Made by a program: the position numbers and the translations under genes
Shown: piece after piece, positions 49,682-59,275 of the stretch
Layout: the number at the start of each line of letters is the position of its first letter
Numbering within the stretch: position 1 is the stretch's first letter
Notes under the pieces: generated by a model
The model's input: the letters and a program-made list of their open reading frames with translations, nothing else
The model's database searches: none
What the model was told of the DNA's origin: nothing
Source: Vulcanimicrobiota bacterium
GTDB taxonomy: Bacteria > Vulcanimicrobiota > Vulcanimicrobiia > Vulcanimicrobiales > Vulcanimicrobiaceae
Direction of reading: 5' to 3'
Length of the DNA stretch: 64,000 nt
Assembly: GCA_963695225.1 (NCBI GenBank)
Contig: OY968762.1
Coordinates: 1,312,001 to 1,376,000, forward strand

Positions 49682-50455
49682 ATGATCACGCGGATAATCG
49701 CCTCGCTGTCGCTCGGTTTGCTATTGGCGGCCTCGCCGGCCGTCGCCGGCGCCCAGGAACTACCGAAAATTGCCGCCGCGGGACGCACGCCCCACGTGGC
49801 GGTGCTCGTCTGGCACGACGTCGTGGCCGGCCCGAAGGAGGTTTGGTTCGACACGACGCTCGATACCTTCCGCACCCAACTCGAGGCCATCCGGCGCGGC
49901 GGCTACCACGTCATCGGCTTGCGGGCACTGCGCTCGCATCTCGAACGAGGCACGCCCGTGCCGGCGCGGTCCCTCGTGCTCACGTTCGACGACAACGGGC
50001 ACGGGATTTACGAAAACGCATTCCCGCTATTGAAGAAACTTTCTTTCCCCGCAACGCTCTTCGTGCACACGAATTTTGTCGGAAAGACGACGTCGAAGCG
50101 GCACAACACGTGGTCTCAGCTCGCGGAGATGGAGCGGAGCGGGCTGGTCGAAATTCAGAGCCTCACCGCGAATCATCCGCCCGATCTTCGAGCGCTCTCC
50201 GACGCCGAGGTGCTGCACGAGTTCGCGCTCGCGCAGCGCTCGATCCAAGCGCGGATCGGCCGGCGCCCCTACGCCGTCGTGTATCCCGAAGACAACTACG
50301 ATGAGCGGCTCGCGCTGCTCGCCGCACGGAGCGGCTACGATCTCGGCTTCACCGAGGATTGGGGGTTCGCCGGCGATTCGACCTCGCCGTTGCTCGTCCA
50401 CCGGTACTCGGTGCTCACGCGTTTCGATCAAGCCTTGGCCGACGTCGCGCGTTAG
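49682..50455 (+). CDS. Exported polysaccharide deacetylase-like protein
   Basis: Signal peptide; VLVWHDV, LTFDD, ATLFV, EIQSLTANH, YP. Confidence 0.85.
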   Translation: MITRIIASLSLGLLLAASPAVAGAQELPKIAAAGRTPHVAVLVWHDVVAGPKEVWFDTTLDTFRTQLEAIRRGGYHVIGLRALRSHLERGTPVPARSLVLTFDDNGHGIYENAFPLLKKLSFPATLFVHTNFVGKTTSKRHNTWSQLAEMERSGLVEIQSLTANHPPDLRALSDAEVLHEFALAQRSIQARIGRRPYAVVYPEDNYDERLALLAARSGYDLGFTEDWGFAGDSTSPLLVHRYSVLTRFDQALADVAR

Positions 50456-51348
50456 CGTTTCACCCAAACGTCTCGAACGGCAACGGCGTTTGCGGCCTCG
50501 CCCAGCGGCTCGAGCCCGTACATCTCCTCAATCGTGCGCAAGACGACGTATGCGTTCATCGGTTCCGCATAGTTGCCCGGCTTCACCATCGGTCCGTAAA
50601 AGATCGTCGGAATCGTATTGCGGGGATCGAATCCTTCGTCCCAGATGACGACGAGCAGCGTATCGTTCGCCCGCGCCCATTTCGCGAGCGGCCCGAGGTT
50701 ACGCTCGAACCACGCGTCGCCGGCCTTCACGGTTCCGTCGTGCATGTCGTGGTCGGCGTTCGGCACGATGAACGTGACCGCCGGGAGCTCCGCGAACGCC
50801 TTGAGTGCGCCGAGCGGTTGATGCGATGCGCGCGGCAAGTTCGTGAAGTGCGCCCAGGGCGCGTGTTTGCGCGCGTATTTCCCGGCCCAGCAACCCGTGA
50901 ATCCGGCGCTCGGCAAGGATTCCGAGTACGCGACGTACCCGAGATGCGCGGCGAGCAATTGGCTGCCGAGATTCGCATCGGTTGCGGCGATGCCGCGCGC
51001 GGGGCAGTCGTCCCCACTATCGACGCGACGCCCGGCGAAGAGCGCGAAATAATTCGGAGCGCTCGGATGCGTCATGCCGTGGGCGTTCGTGAAATTCGCC
51101 CCAGCGCGCGCGAGCGAATTCAAATACGGCGCCGAGGCCGAACCGATGATTTGGCGGTACGAGTGATTCTCTTCGATGACGACGACGACGTGCGCCGGGC
51201 GCGGCAGCGCCGTCGCAGCCTGCCGGACCTGCGCGCTCGCCCCTGCCCCGGGCCGCGCGACGAACGCCGCGAGCGCCAGAAGGAGTGCGGCCTGCGTCCC
51301 CTGCCGGGACGGCGCCTGCCGGGAACGCGCTCTGGGAGGTCTGGGCAT
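50452..51348 (-). CDS. Exported acid phosphatase / phosphoesterase (SapM-like)
   Basis: HVVVVIEENH, HPSAPNY, YARKHAPW, DMHDG, IWDE, LRTIEEMYGL. Confidence 0.88.
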   Translation of the reverse strand: MPRPPRARSRQAPSRQGTQAALLLALAAFVARPGAGASAQVRQAATALPRPAHVVVVIEENHSYRQIIGSASAPYLNSLARAGANFTNAHGMTHPSAPNYFALFAGRRVDSGDDCPARGIAATDANLGSQLLAAHLGYVAYSESLPSAGFTGCWAGKYARKHAPWAHFTNLPRASHQPLGALKAFAELPAVTFIVPNADHDMHDGTVKAGDAWFERNLGPLAKWARANDTLLVVIWDEGFDPRNTIPTIFYGPMVKPGNYAEPMNAYVVLRTIEEMYGLEPLGEAANAVAVRDVWVKR

Positions 51349-51367
51349 ACGGCGGCGAGTTAGGCGC

Positions 51368-51388
51368 CGGGCGGGAACAACCCGCCCG
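51368..51388. terminator. GC hairpin downstream of ada (possible terminator; no U-tract)
   Basis: CGGGCGGG-aacaa-CCCGCCCG. Confidence 0.3.
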
Positions 51389-51403
51389 ATGAGGACCCGC
51401 AGG

Positions 51404-52498
51404 CTAGGGCTTCGCCTCCGCCTCGCGGCGGAGCAGTTCGCGCTTCCGTTCGATACCCCACCGGTACCCGGCGATAGCGCCGTCCGCGCGGACGACGCGA
51501 TGACACGGAACCACGACCGCGGCCGGGTTCGAGGCACAGGCTCGCGCGACCGCGCGAGCACCGCGCGCGTTCCCGAGTCGAGCGGCGAGCGTCGCGTACG
51601 AGGTCGTCGTCCCGCTCGGAATCTCGCGCAGCGCCCGCCATACGCGGTGCTGGAACGCCGTTCCGCGAACGTCGAGCGGCAGTTCGGTCGCGAGGGGCGA
51701 GCCCTCGATCCCAGCGACGACGACGGCGACCCAGGCACTCAATCGCTCCTCACCCGCGACGAGCGAGGCTCGGGGGAACGCCGCGCGCAACTCGCCTGCC
51801 AACGCTTCGGCGCTCTCGCCGAATGCGACGGCACAGATCCCACGCTCCGTCCCGGCGACGAGCAGCGGACCGAGCGAGGTCGCCTCGATCGCGTAACCGA
51901 TGCGCGTATCCGGCGCGCCGCGACGGTAAACGGACGGCTTCATCCCGAGCGCCGCCTCGGCGCTCTCGTAGAACCGGCTGCTCGAGCCGAAGCCCGCATC
52001 GTACAGCGCCTGGGTCACGCTCGGGGAATCGCGCAGCCGTTCGCGCAAGCGCCGCGCGCGCACGGCCGCCCCGTAGTCGCGCGGCGTCAGCCCCGTCGCG
52101 GCACGAAAGCGGCGGTGAAAGTGGGAGGGGCTCATCCGCGCCGCGTCCGCGAGTTCGCGCAGCGACGGAACGCTCTCGGCGCCTTCGATCGCGCGGCAGG
52201 CGGCGGCGATCGCCACGGCGCGCCGTTCCGCGGCGGACGGGCCGTCCGGCCGGCAGCGCTTGCAGGGCCGGAACCCCGCTCGCTCGGCCGCTTCGCCGTT
52301 TGGGTGGAAGCTGACGTTCCGGCGCAGCGCCGGGCGGGCCGAACAACTCGGCCGGCAGTACACGCCGGTCGTCGCGACCGCGTAGACGAAACGCCCGTCC
52401 TCGCGGGCGTCGCGGCGGCGGACCGCCTCGTAGCGCTCGTCGTCGTCGCGCAGGAGCGGCTCCTCCGTAAGAATCATCGTTTCGATCATCGTGGACAC
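51404..52498 (-). CDS. ada: Bifunctional transcriptional activator / O6-methylguanine-DNA methyltransferase
   Basis: GVYCRPSC, FRPCKRC (Zn site), AraC HTH, GTAFQ, PCHRV, GYRWG. Confidence 0.96.
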   Translation of the reverse strand: MSTMIETMILTEEPLLRDDDERYEAVRRRDAREDGRFVYAVATTGVYCRPSCSARPALRRNVSFHPNGEAAERAGFRPCKRCRPDGPSAAERRAVAIAAACRAIEGAESVPSLRELADAARMSPSHFHRRFRAATGLTPRDYGAAVRARRLRERLRDSPSVTQALYDAGFGSSSRFYESAEAALGMKPSVYRRGAPDTRIGYAIEATSLGPLLVAGTERGICAVAFGESAEALAGELRAAFPRASLVAGEERLSAWVAVVVAGIEGSPLATELPLDVRGTAFQHRVWRALREIPSGTTTSYATLAARLGNARGARAVARACASNPAAVVVPCHRVVRADGAIAGYRWGIERKRELLRREAEAKP

Positions 52499-52545
52499 CT
52501 CACCGCGAATCCTAGCAGTTCGGGCGGGCCACGCCTTCCGGGGCC

Positions 52546-52558
52546 TTGCTCCGCAATT
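52546..52558 (-). promoter_or_regulatory. Ada box
   Basis: Minus strand AAT-tgcgga-GCAA matches the AAT-N6-GCAA A/B-box layout; -10-like TAGGAT at 52514-52509. Confidence 0.65.
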
Positions 52559-52576
52559 CCCGGCGCGGCCGCGCTC

Positions 52577-54916
52577 CTAATTCTTCAGGTCGAACAGTTC
52601 GGTCTGCTCGCTGCGGCCAAGGCGCGGGGCGATCGTTTCCAAGTCGGCGAGGCTCGCGTTGATCCGGCGCGGCTTCGTGCCTTCGTGTACGCCGACGATC
52701 CCGAAATCTTCGAGGTGCTTCATCACGCGCACCGCGCGCGGATGCCCGATCGAAAACTGCGACTGCAGCTGCGCAGTGGAAGCGTAGTTCGCTTCGATGA
52801 TGAACCGGGCCGCGTCGTAGCAGAGCGGGTCGACCTTCGCTCCGGCCCCGTCGTCGTCGCCGATCGGAACGACGTCCACGTCGAGCAGGTTGTCGGGGCG
52901 GGCCTGCGCGGCCCAGAACGCGACGAGGCGGTTCACCTCGTTTCCGGTGATCAGCGCGCCCTGCGCGCGAATCGGCTTCGGAGCGTCGATCGGCAAGAAC
53001 AGCATGTCGCCGCGGCCGAGCAGCCGCTCGGCCCCGCCGCCGTCGAGGATCGTCCGCGAATCGACCTGCGAGCTGACCGCGAACGAGATGCGCGAGGGGA
53101 TGTTCGCCTTGATCAAGCCCGTGATGACGTCGACCGAGGGGCGCTGCGTCGCCACGACCAGGTGGATGCCCGTCGCGCGCGCGAGCTGCGCGAGCCGCAT
53201 GATCGTCTGCTCGACCTTCGCCGGCGCGATCATCATCAGATCGGCGAGCTCGTCGATCACGATCACGACGTAGGGCAGCTTCTCGTCGGGGTACTTCGCG
53301 TTATACTCCTCGATCTTCCGCACGCCGGCTTTCGCGAAGCGCTCGTAGCGCTGGTCCATCTCCTTGGTCATCTCGAAGAGCGCCCCCGCCGCCAAGCGCG
53401 GATCCGTGATGACATCCTTGATCAGATGCGGGATGCCGTTGTAGACCGTCAGCTCGACGCGCTTGGGATCGATGAACAGCATCTGCACCTGGTCCGGCGT
53501 CGCCGAGACGAGCAGCGAGGCGATGATGCCGTTCAAGCAGACGGATTTGCCGCTACCGGTCGCGCCCGCGACGAGCAAGTGCGGCATCTTCCCGAGATCC
53601 CCGAAGACCGGGCGCCCCGTGATGTCCTTCCCGAGCGCCATGTTCAGCGGCGGAACGACGCCGCGGTGCGGCAGCGCTTCGAGGATCTCGCGGATCGCGA
53701 CGATCGAGACGGTCGCGTTCGGGATCTCGATGCCGACCGCCGACTTTCCCGGGATCGGAGCCTCGATCCGGACCGACGTCGCCGCGAGCGCGAGCGCGAG
53801 ATCGTCGGCGAGCGAGGAGATGCGCGAGATCTTCACGCCGCGATCGGGGCGCAGTTCGTAGCGCGTGATCGAGGGGCCGCGCTCGATGTGCGTCACCTTC
53901 GCGCCGACGCCGAACGAAGCGAGCGTATCTTCTAGGACGTGCGTGCGGGTCGTCTCATCGATGATCTGCGCCTGCGGCGCGTCGAACAGCGAGAGGTCGG
54001 GGAGGCGGTAGGTGCGGCGCGCGGGATCGGCGGCTAGGACGCTCGCGGGCTCGTACTCGCCCGCGACGGCGCCCGCGCCATCGTCGTCGTCGTCTTCGAA
54101 TTCGTCGGCCTCGTCCTCGTCCTCGCCATCCTCTTCTTCGAACTCGTCCTCGTCGTCGTCATCGTCATCGTCGTCGCCGCCGGACGCGACGGGGCGCCCG
54201 TTCGGCGCCGAGGAGGCGACCGCCGGCGCAACGACGAGCGGAGCCGCGGCCGCCGGCTTCGCTTCGGGAGCGGCTACGGCGGAAGCCGCCGGCTTCTTCG
54301 CGGCGGCGGCGGAGCGCTCGGGCATCGCGAAGGCCTCGCGCAGGTTCGCGGGCCCGGCGGGCTTGCGCTCGGGGGGCGGCGCCGGCTTGCGCTCCCGGGC
54401 CAAGAAGTTCGCCACGAACGCGCGCAGGCGCGCCCCGGCGACGATCCCTCGTCCGATCAGCTGTTTGAGCGAGACTTTCGTGACCCCGACGAGGATGCCA
54501 AGCGCGGCGACCGCGAGGACGAGCTTCGCGCCGAACGAGCCGACCATCGCGACGAGCCAGTTCGCCAGGGCGGCCCCGACCTTGCCGCCGCCGCCCGCGT
54601 AGGCGGCATCGACGATCAGGAAGAGCACTGCCGCCGCGAGGCCGAGCGTCGCGATCAGCTGCGGCACGCTGATCTCGAGGAAGATGATCCCGCCGATCAG
54701 GGCGATCAGGATCGGGAAGCACCAAGCAGCACCGCCGAAGAGCACGTGGAGCTCGTCGGCGGCCGCCGCGCCGAGACGCCCTGCGTGGTGCGGGTTCCAG
54801 AGGGCGAAGCCCAGCAAGACCGCGACCGCCAGCGCCGCGATCCCAGCGATTTCGAGATTCAGTCGGAGGGCGGAGAACCGCCGCGACGCACTCGCCTTCC
54901 GGCGCACGCGTGCCAT
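52577..54916 (-). CDS. ftsK: DNA translocase FtsK/SpoIIIE
   Basis: N-terminal TM helices; RIEAPIPGK, HLLVAGATGSGKS, IDPKRVEL, VIDELADLM, ATQRPSVDVITG, gamma domain. Confidence 0.96.
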   Translation of the reverse strand: MARVRRKASASRRFSALRLNLEIAGIAALAVAVLLGFALWNPHHAGRLGAAAADELHVLFGGAAWCFPILIALIGGIIFLEISVPQLIATLGLAAAVLFLIVDAAYAGGGGKVGAALANWLVAMVGSFGAKLVLAVAALGILVGVTKVSLKQLIGRGIVAGARLRAFVANFLARERKPAPPPERKPAGPANLREAFAMPERSAAAAKKPAASAVAAPEAKPAAAAPLVVAPAVASSAPNGRPVASGGDDDDDDDDEDEFEEEDGEDEDEADEFEDDDDDGAGAVAGEYEPASVLAADPARRTYRLPDLSLFDAPQAQIIDETTRTHVLEDTLASFGVGAKVTHIERGPSITRYELRPDRGVKISRISSLADDLALALAATSVRIEAPIPGKSAVGIEIPNATVSIVAIREILEALPHRGVVPPLNMALGKDITGRPVFGDLGKMPHLLVAGATGSGKSVCLNGIIASLLVSATPDQVQMLFIDPKRVELTVYNGIPHLIKDVITDPRLAAGALFEMTKEMDQRYERFAKAGVRKIEEYNAKYPDEKLPYVVIVIDELADLMMIAPAKVEQTIMRLAQLARATGIHLVVATQRPSVDVITGLIKANIPSRISFAVSSQVDSRTILDGGGAERLLGRGDMLFLPIDAPKPIRAQGALITGNEVNRLVAFWAAQARPDNLLDVDVVPIGDDDGAGAKVDPLCYDAARFIIEANYASTAQLQSQFSIGHPRAVRVMKHLEDFGIVGVHEGTKPRRINASLADLETIAPRLGRSEQTELFDLKN

Positions 54917-54996
54917 TGGTTGCTGACGTTATCGCAGCGCGGGGCCGGACCCTGTTCGTCCGCCCGCTTCCGCCGGCGAGATGGGCTGCGTCGCGG

Positions 54997-55632
54997 CTAG
55001 CGCTTTACGAGGCGGAGCGCGCGGTAGACCGTGAACCCGGCCTGCAGCGGGAAGGCCGTCGTTCGGTCGTGTTTCATACGCGACGTCAGGGTGGACACGA
55101 CCGCGTCGCGCCGGTCGCCGAAATCGCGTTTCGCGCTCTTGCCCGTCGCGACGCGCAGCGCGAGGTCGAGCACGGGCGAGGTCCCGGGGGTCACCACGAT
55201 CGCGCAACCGTCCGGGCGCAGCACGCGCGCGATCTCGTCGGTGGCCGCGGCCGCATCGCTGACGAATTCGAAGGTGCTGACCGCAACGACGACGTCGAAC
55301 GTCTCCGCCGCGAAGGGCAGCTTCTCGGCCGGCGCCTCGACCAGCGTCGCGTAGGTGCCCGCGCGCTCGAGTGCTTGCGCCACGTCGGTCGCGTGCTTGT
55401 GGACGTCGGCGGCATAAACGTGCCGCGCACGGCGCGCAAGTTCGGGCAAGAACACGCCGCTGCCGTATCCGACCTCGAGCAGCTTTTCGACGGGGCGCTC
55501 GGGAAGCAACCCCACCACGAGCCGAAAACGCTGGCGCGACACGAAGCCGAGCAGGCGGCGATAATTCCAATCCGCATGGTCGACCTCGCCCGTCTTCACG
55601 AGGCGGTCGCGCGGCAGTAGCCGGAGTTCCAT
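54997..55632 (-). CDS. Class I SAM-dependent methyltransferase
   Basis: LLEVGYGSG, AEKLPF...TFD, RVLRPDG. Confidence 0.88.
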   Translation of the reverse strand: MELRLLPRDRLVKTGEVDHADWNYRRLLGFVSRQRFRLVVGLLPERPVEKLLEVGYGSGVFLPELARRARHVYAADVHKHATDVAQALERAGTYATLVEAPAEKLPFAAETFDVVVAVSTFEFVSDAAAATDEIARVLRPDGCAIVVTPGTSPVLDLALRVATGKSAKRDFGDRRDAVVSTLTSRMKHDRTTAFPLQAGFTVYRALRLVKR

Positions 55633-55757
55633 CAGATATTTAGACCGCGATTCCTAACGCAAGTTCCGCTCGGTGTCGAGTCGCCGCCGGATGATTCCTG
55701 TGATGAGCAGGATAGGCCTGCCTTCGACTCTCACTCAAGGACTCTCGCGCCGCCGCT

Positions 55758-56594
55758 TCAGCGGGCCGCCGCGATCAGGACGACGGCCGCGGCCGCGAAG
55801 CCGGCGCCTGCGAGTTGGATCGGCGCGAGGCGTTCGTGCAACAGAAAGCGCGCGAGAAAGACGGTCCCCGCCGGGTAGAGCGACGTGATCACAGCGACGA
55901 CGGCCAGGAGGCCGCCCCGCGACGCGAGGACGTAGAACGCGTTCGCGCCCATATCGAGCGCGCCGGCGAGGGCGATCGTGCCGAGGAGCGAGCGCTGCGT
56001 CGGGAGCGGCTCGCGCCGGACCAGAACGTACAGCGCCACGACCCCGAGCGAGCTCGCGCGGAGCGCGGCCAGCGTCCACAGACCGCCGTCCGCGTGTCCG
56101 TGCGCCAGAACCACCAAGAGGCTTCCGATCGCGAGCCCGCTCGCGAGCGCGAGCCCGACCCCCGGCGCCCGAATCGTGAACCGCCCGCTCTCGGGGTTCG
56201 TCGAAACGAGAGCGACCGCGACGAACGCGCAGGCGACGCCGCAGAGGGCGAGGAGCGGCGGGCGTTCTCCCGAGGCGAGCCCCCAGGCGACGGGGACGCT
56301 CGCCCCCACGACGGCGGTGATCGGCGAGACGACCCCCATCCGGCCGACCGCGAGCGCCGCATAGAGCGCTCCGATGCCGACCGCGCCGAGGACGCCCCCG
56401 GCGAGACCGAGCGCGACGTCGCTCGGATAGAGCGTCCCGGGGACGAGCGGGATCAGGCCGGCAAGGAGCGCGAGCCCCGCCAGCTGGGAGAGCAGGACGA
56501 CGGCCGCCGCCGGCGCGCGCCGGCTCGCGACGCCGCCGAGAAAATCCGCCGCGCCGTACGTCAGGGCGGAAAGGAGCGCGAGGAGGAGCGCCAC
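55758..56594 (-). CDS. DMT/EamA family transporter
   Basis: About 10 TM helices; YGAADFLGG, VVSPI, SLYPA.TV.LA..LLHERL. Confidence 0.9.
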   Translation of the reverse strand: MALLLALLSALTYGAADFLGGVASRRAPAAAVVLLSQLAGLALLAGLIPLVPGTLYPSDVALGLAGGVLGAVGIGALYAALAVGRMGVVSPITAVVGASVPVAWGLASGERPPLLALCGVACAFVAVALVSTNPESGRFTIRAPGVGLALASGLAIGSLLVVLAHGHADGGLWTLAALRASSLGVVALYVLVRREPLPTQRSLLGTIALAGALDMGANAFYVLASRGGLLAVVAVITSLYPAGTVFLARFLLHERLAPIQLAGAGFAAAAVVLIAAAR

Positions 56595-56597
56595 GGA

Positions 56598-57473
56598 CTA
56601 CGTTCGAGTCGTCGGATCGAGCGCGTCGCGCAGGCCGTCGCCGAGCAGGTTGAAGCCGAGGACGAGCGTCGTGATGGCGAGGCCGGGGAAGACGAGCGCC
56701 CACGGAGCCGTCAGCCAGTAGTCGCGCGCGTCGTTCAGCATCGCGCCCCACTCGGGCGCCGGGGGACGTGCGCCGAGGCCGAGGTACGAGAGCCCGGCGG
56801 CCTCGAGTTCCGCGGTCGCAACGCCGAGCGTCGCCTGCACGAGGAGCGGCGCGAGGATGTTCGGCAGGACGTGCCGCGCGAGGACGGCGGGTGCCGAGAC
56901 GCCGACCGCCCGGGCGGCTTCGATGTACTCCATCTCCTTCACGCCGAGCACGGAGGAGCGGGCGAGCCGGGCGTACTGCGGGATGTAGACGACGCCGACG
57001 GCGATCATCAGGTTCGTGATGCTGGGCCCGAGGGTCGTCGTGATCGCGATCGCGAGAATGATCGACGGAAAAGCGAGCATGACGTCCATCGCGCCCATCA
57101 GGACGTCGTCGGCCCTTCCGCCGAGATACCCGGCCGTCGCGCCGATCGCCGTCCCGGCCGTGATCGCGAGCCCGACCGCGGCGAAGCCGATCCGGATCGA
57201 GATGCGCGCGCCGTACAGGATTCGGGACCAGAGATCGCGCCCCAGCTTGTCGGTGCCGAGCAGGTGGTGGGAATTCGGCGCCTGCGCCTGATTGCTCAGA
57301 TCCTGCGCGAGCGGATCCCAGCCCGCGATCAGCGGCGCGAAGATGGCGGCCAGGAGGACGGCCAGGACGATCGAGGCTCCGACGAGCGCGCCCGGATCCC
57401 GCCGGAAGCGTAGCCAAATATCGCCGCCGTACGAGCGGGCGGCCGGCGTATCTGCGGCGGCGCTCGATTCCAC
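56598..57473 (-). CDS. ABC peptide/nickel transporter permease (DppC/OppC-like)
   Basis: HLLGTDKLGRD.WSR..YGAR.S, EYIEAARAVG (EAA loop), LSYLGLG..PP.PEWG, FNLLGDGLRDALDP. Confidence 0.92.
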   Translation of the reverse strand: MESSAAADTPAARSYGGDIWLRFRRDPGALVGASIVLAVLLAAIFAPLIAGWDPLAQDLSNQAQAPNSHHLLGTDKLGRDLWSRILYGARISIRIGFAAVGLAITAGTAIGATAGYLGGRADDVLMGAMDVMLAFPSIILAIAITTTLGPSITNLMIAVGVVYIPQYARLARSSVLGVKEMEYIEAARAVGVSAPAVLARHVLPNILAPLLVQATLGVATAELEAAGLSYLGLGARPPAPEWGAMLNDARDYWLTAPWALVFPGLAITTLVLGFNLLGDGLRDALDPTTRT

Positions 57474-57526
57474 TGCTAGGCCGTTCTCGATGTCATTTTC
57501 GTCGAGGCGACGCGCTTGTGGCGCCT

Positions 57527-59275
57527 TCAGACCTCCATGACGACCGGAACGACGACGGGGCGGCGCCGCGTCTTCTGAAAGACCGCCTTCGAGAGGCTGC
57601 CGCGGATGTGTTCCTTCACCATCGCGACGTCGCGGATGCTCTCCGACGAGATGCCCTCGAGGACGCGGGCCAGCATCGTCTTCAGTTCGAGCGTCACGCC
57701 CTCGGATTCGGGGAGGTAGAACACGCCGCGCGAGACGAGATCGGGGCCCGCGACGACGCGCGCCTCTTCGGCGTCGATCGTCACGACGACCATCATGATG
57801 CCGTCGGCGGAGAGGTGCTTTCGATCGCGCAGCACCGCATCGCCGACGTCGCCCACGCCGGAGCCGTCGACCATCACGTTTCCGCCGTAGGTCTTGCCGA
57901 CGCGCGAGGCGCCTGCGGCGGTGAACTGGACGACGTCGCCGTTCTCGCAGACCAGGACGTTGCGCGCCTCGACGCCCGTCTTACGCGCGAGTTCGCCGTG
58001 CGTGATCAGCATGCGATACTCGCCGTGGACCGGGATGAAATACGACGGGCGCACGAGGTTGAACATCAGGAGCAGCTCTTCTTGCGACGCGTGCCCCGAG
58101 ACGTGGGCCTGCGCGCCGCTCGTCCCATGGATCACCGTAGCACCGAGCCGGTACAGGTTGTTGATCGTGCGCGAGACGCTCTTCTCGTTCCCGGGGATCG
58201 GCGTCGCGCTGATCACCACCGTGTCGCCGGCGACGATCCGCATCTTCGGATGATCGCGGACGGCCAAGCGCGAGAGCGTCGACATCGGTTCGCCCTGCGA
58301 GCCCGTCATCATCACGACGACCCGCTCGGGCGGCTCCCCGTCGACGTCCTCGATGCGGATGATCCGTTCCGGCGGGATTTCGAGATAGCCGAGTTCGGTC
58401 GCGTAATGCACGACGTTGAGCAGGGAGCGGCCGAGGAAGGCGATCTTGCGGTCGAAGGCGACGGCCTGGTCGACGACCTGCTGGATGCGCGGAACGTTCG
58501 AGGCGAACGAGGCGACGAGAATGCGGCCTTCCGCGCGCGCGAAGATGTTCGCGAACGCGTCGCCGACGACGCGCTCCGAGGGCGTGTGCCCCGGCCGCTC
58601 GGCATTCGTGCTGTCGGAGAGCATGCACAGGACGCCCGCGTCCCCGATCCGCGCGATCGCGGCGAAATCCGCCGGACGGCAGTCGATCGGCGTTTGATCG
58701 AACTTGAAGTCGCCGGTGTGGAACACGGTTCCCAGCGGCGTGCGGATCGCGAGCGCGCAGGCGCCCGCCAGGCTATGGTTGACGTGGATGAACTCGATCT
58801 CGAGGGAGCCGTACGAAACGCGCGTGCCGGGCTGCACCGATTGGAACGTACGGTCCGAGAACTTCTGATCGCGCATCTTCGCACGGATCAGCGCGAGCGA
58901 GAGCGGCGTCCCGACGACCGGCACGTTGAACTCGCGCAAGAGATACGGAATGCCGCCGATGTGATCTTCGTGTCCGTGCGTCACGAGGAGCGCGCGAAAC
59001 TTGTCGGCGCGCTCGCGCAGGTACGTGAAGTCGTTGATCACGATATCGACGCCGAACATCTCGTCGTCGGGGAACATCAAGCCGCAATCTACGACGATGA
59101 GGTCGTCGGCGGTCTCGATGACGGTCATGTTGCGGCCGATCTCGCCGCACCCGCCGAGGGGGACGATCCGAACGTACGGTTCGGAAGGCGGCTCCGGGAC
59201 GACGAAGGCGGCCGCGGCCTGGGACTTGCCGTTGGCGCGCGCGGGCGCGATGGATGCATCGGAAGGAGAAGTCAT
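57527..59275 (-). CDS. rnj: Ribonuclease J (start approximate)
   Basis: PLGG.GEIGRNM, THGHEDHIG, HTGDFK, DSTNAE, TGSQGEP, HVSGHA, PVHGE. Confidence 0.96.
   Translation of the reverse strand: MTSPSDASIAPARANGKSQAAAAFVVPEPPSEPYVRIVPLGGCGEIGRNMTVIETADDLIVVDCGLMFPDDEMFGVDIVINDFTYLRERADKFRALLVTHGHEDHIGGIPYLLREFNVPVVGTPLSLALIRAKMRDQKFSDRTFQSVQPGTRVSYGSLEIEFIHVNHSLAGACALAIRTPLGTVFHTGDFKFDQTPIDCRPADFAAIARIGDAGVLCMLSDSTNAERPGHTPSERVVGDAFANIFARAEGRILVASFASNVPRIQQVVDQAVAFDRKIAFLGRSLLNVVHYATELGYLEIPPERIIRIEDVDGEPPERVVVMMTGSQGEPMSTLSRLAVRDHPKMRIVAGDTVVISATPIPGNEKSVSRTINNLYRLGATVIHGTSGAQAHVSGHASQEELLLMFNLVRPSYFIPVHGEYRMLITHGELARKTGVEARNVLVCENGDVVQFTAAGASRVGKTYGGNVMVDGSGVGDVGDAVLRDRKHLSADGIMMVVVTIDAEEARVVAGPDLVSRGVFYLPESEGVTLELKTMLARVLEGISSESIRDVAMVKEHIRGSLSKAVFQKTRRRPVVVPVVMEV

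Noticed and set aside
51176..53935. 919-aa plus-strand ORF
   Set aside because: Antisense shadow of ada and ftsK.
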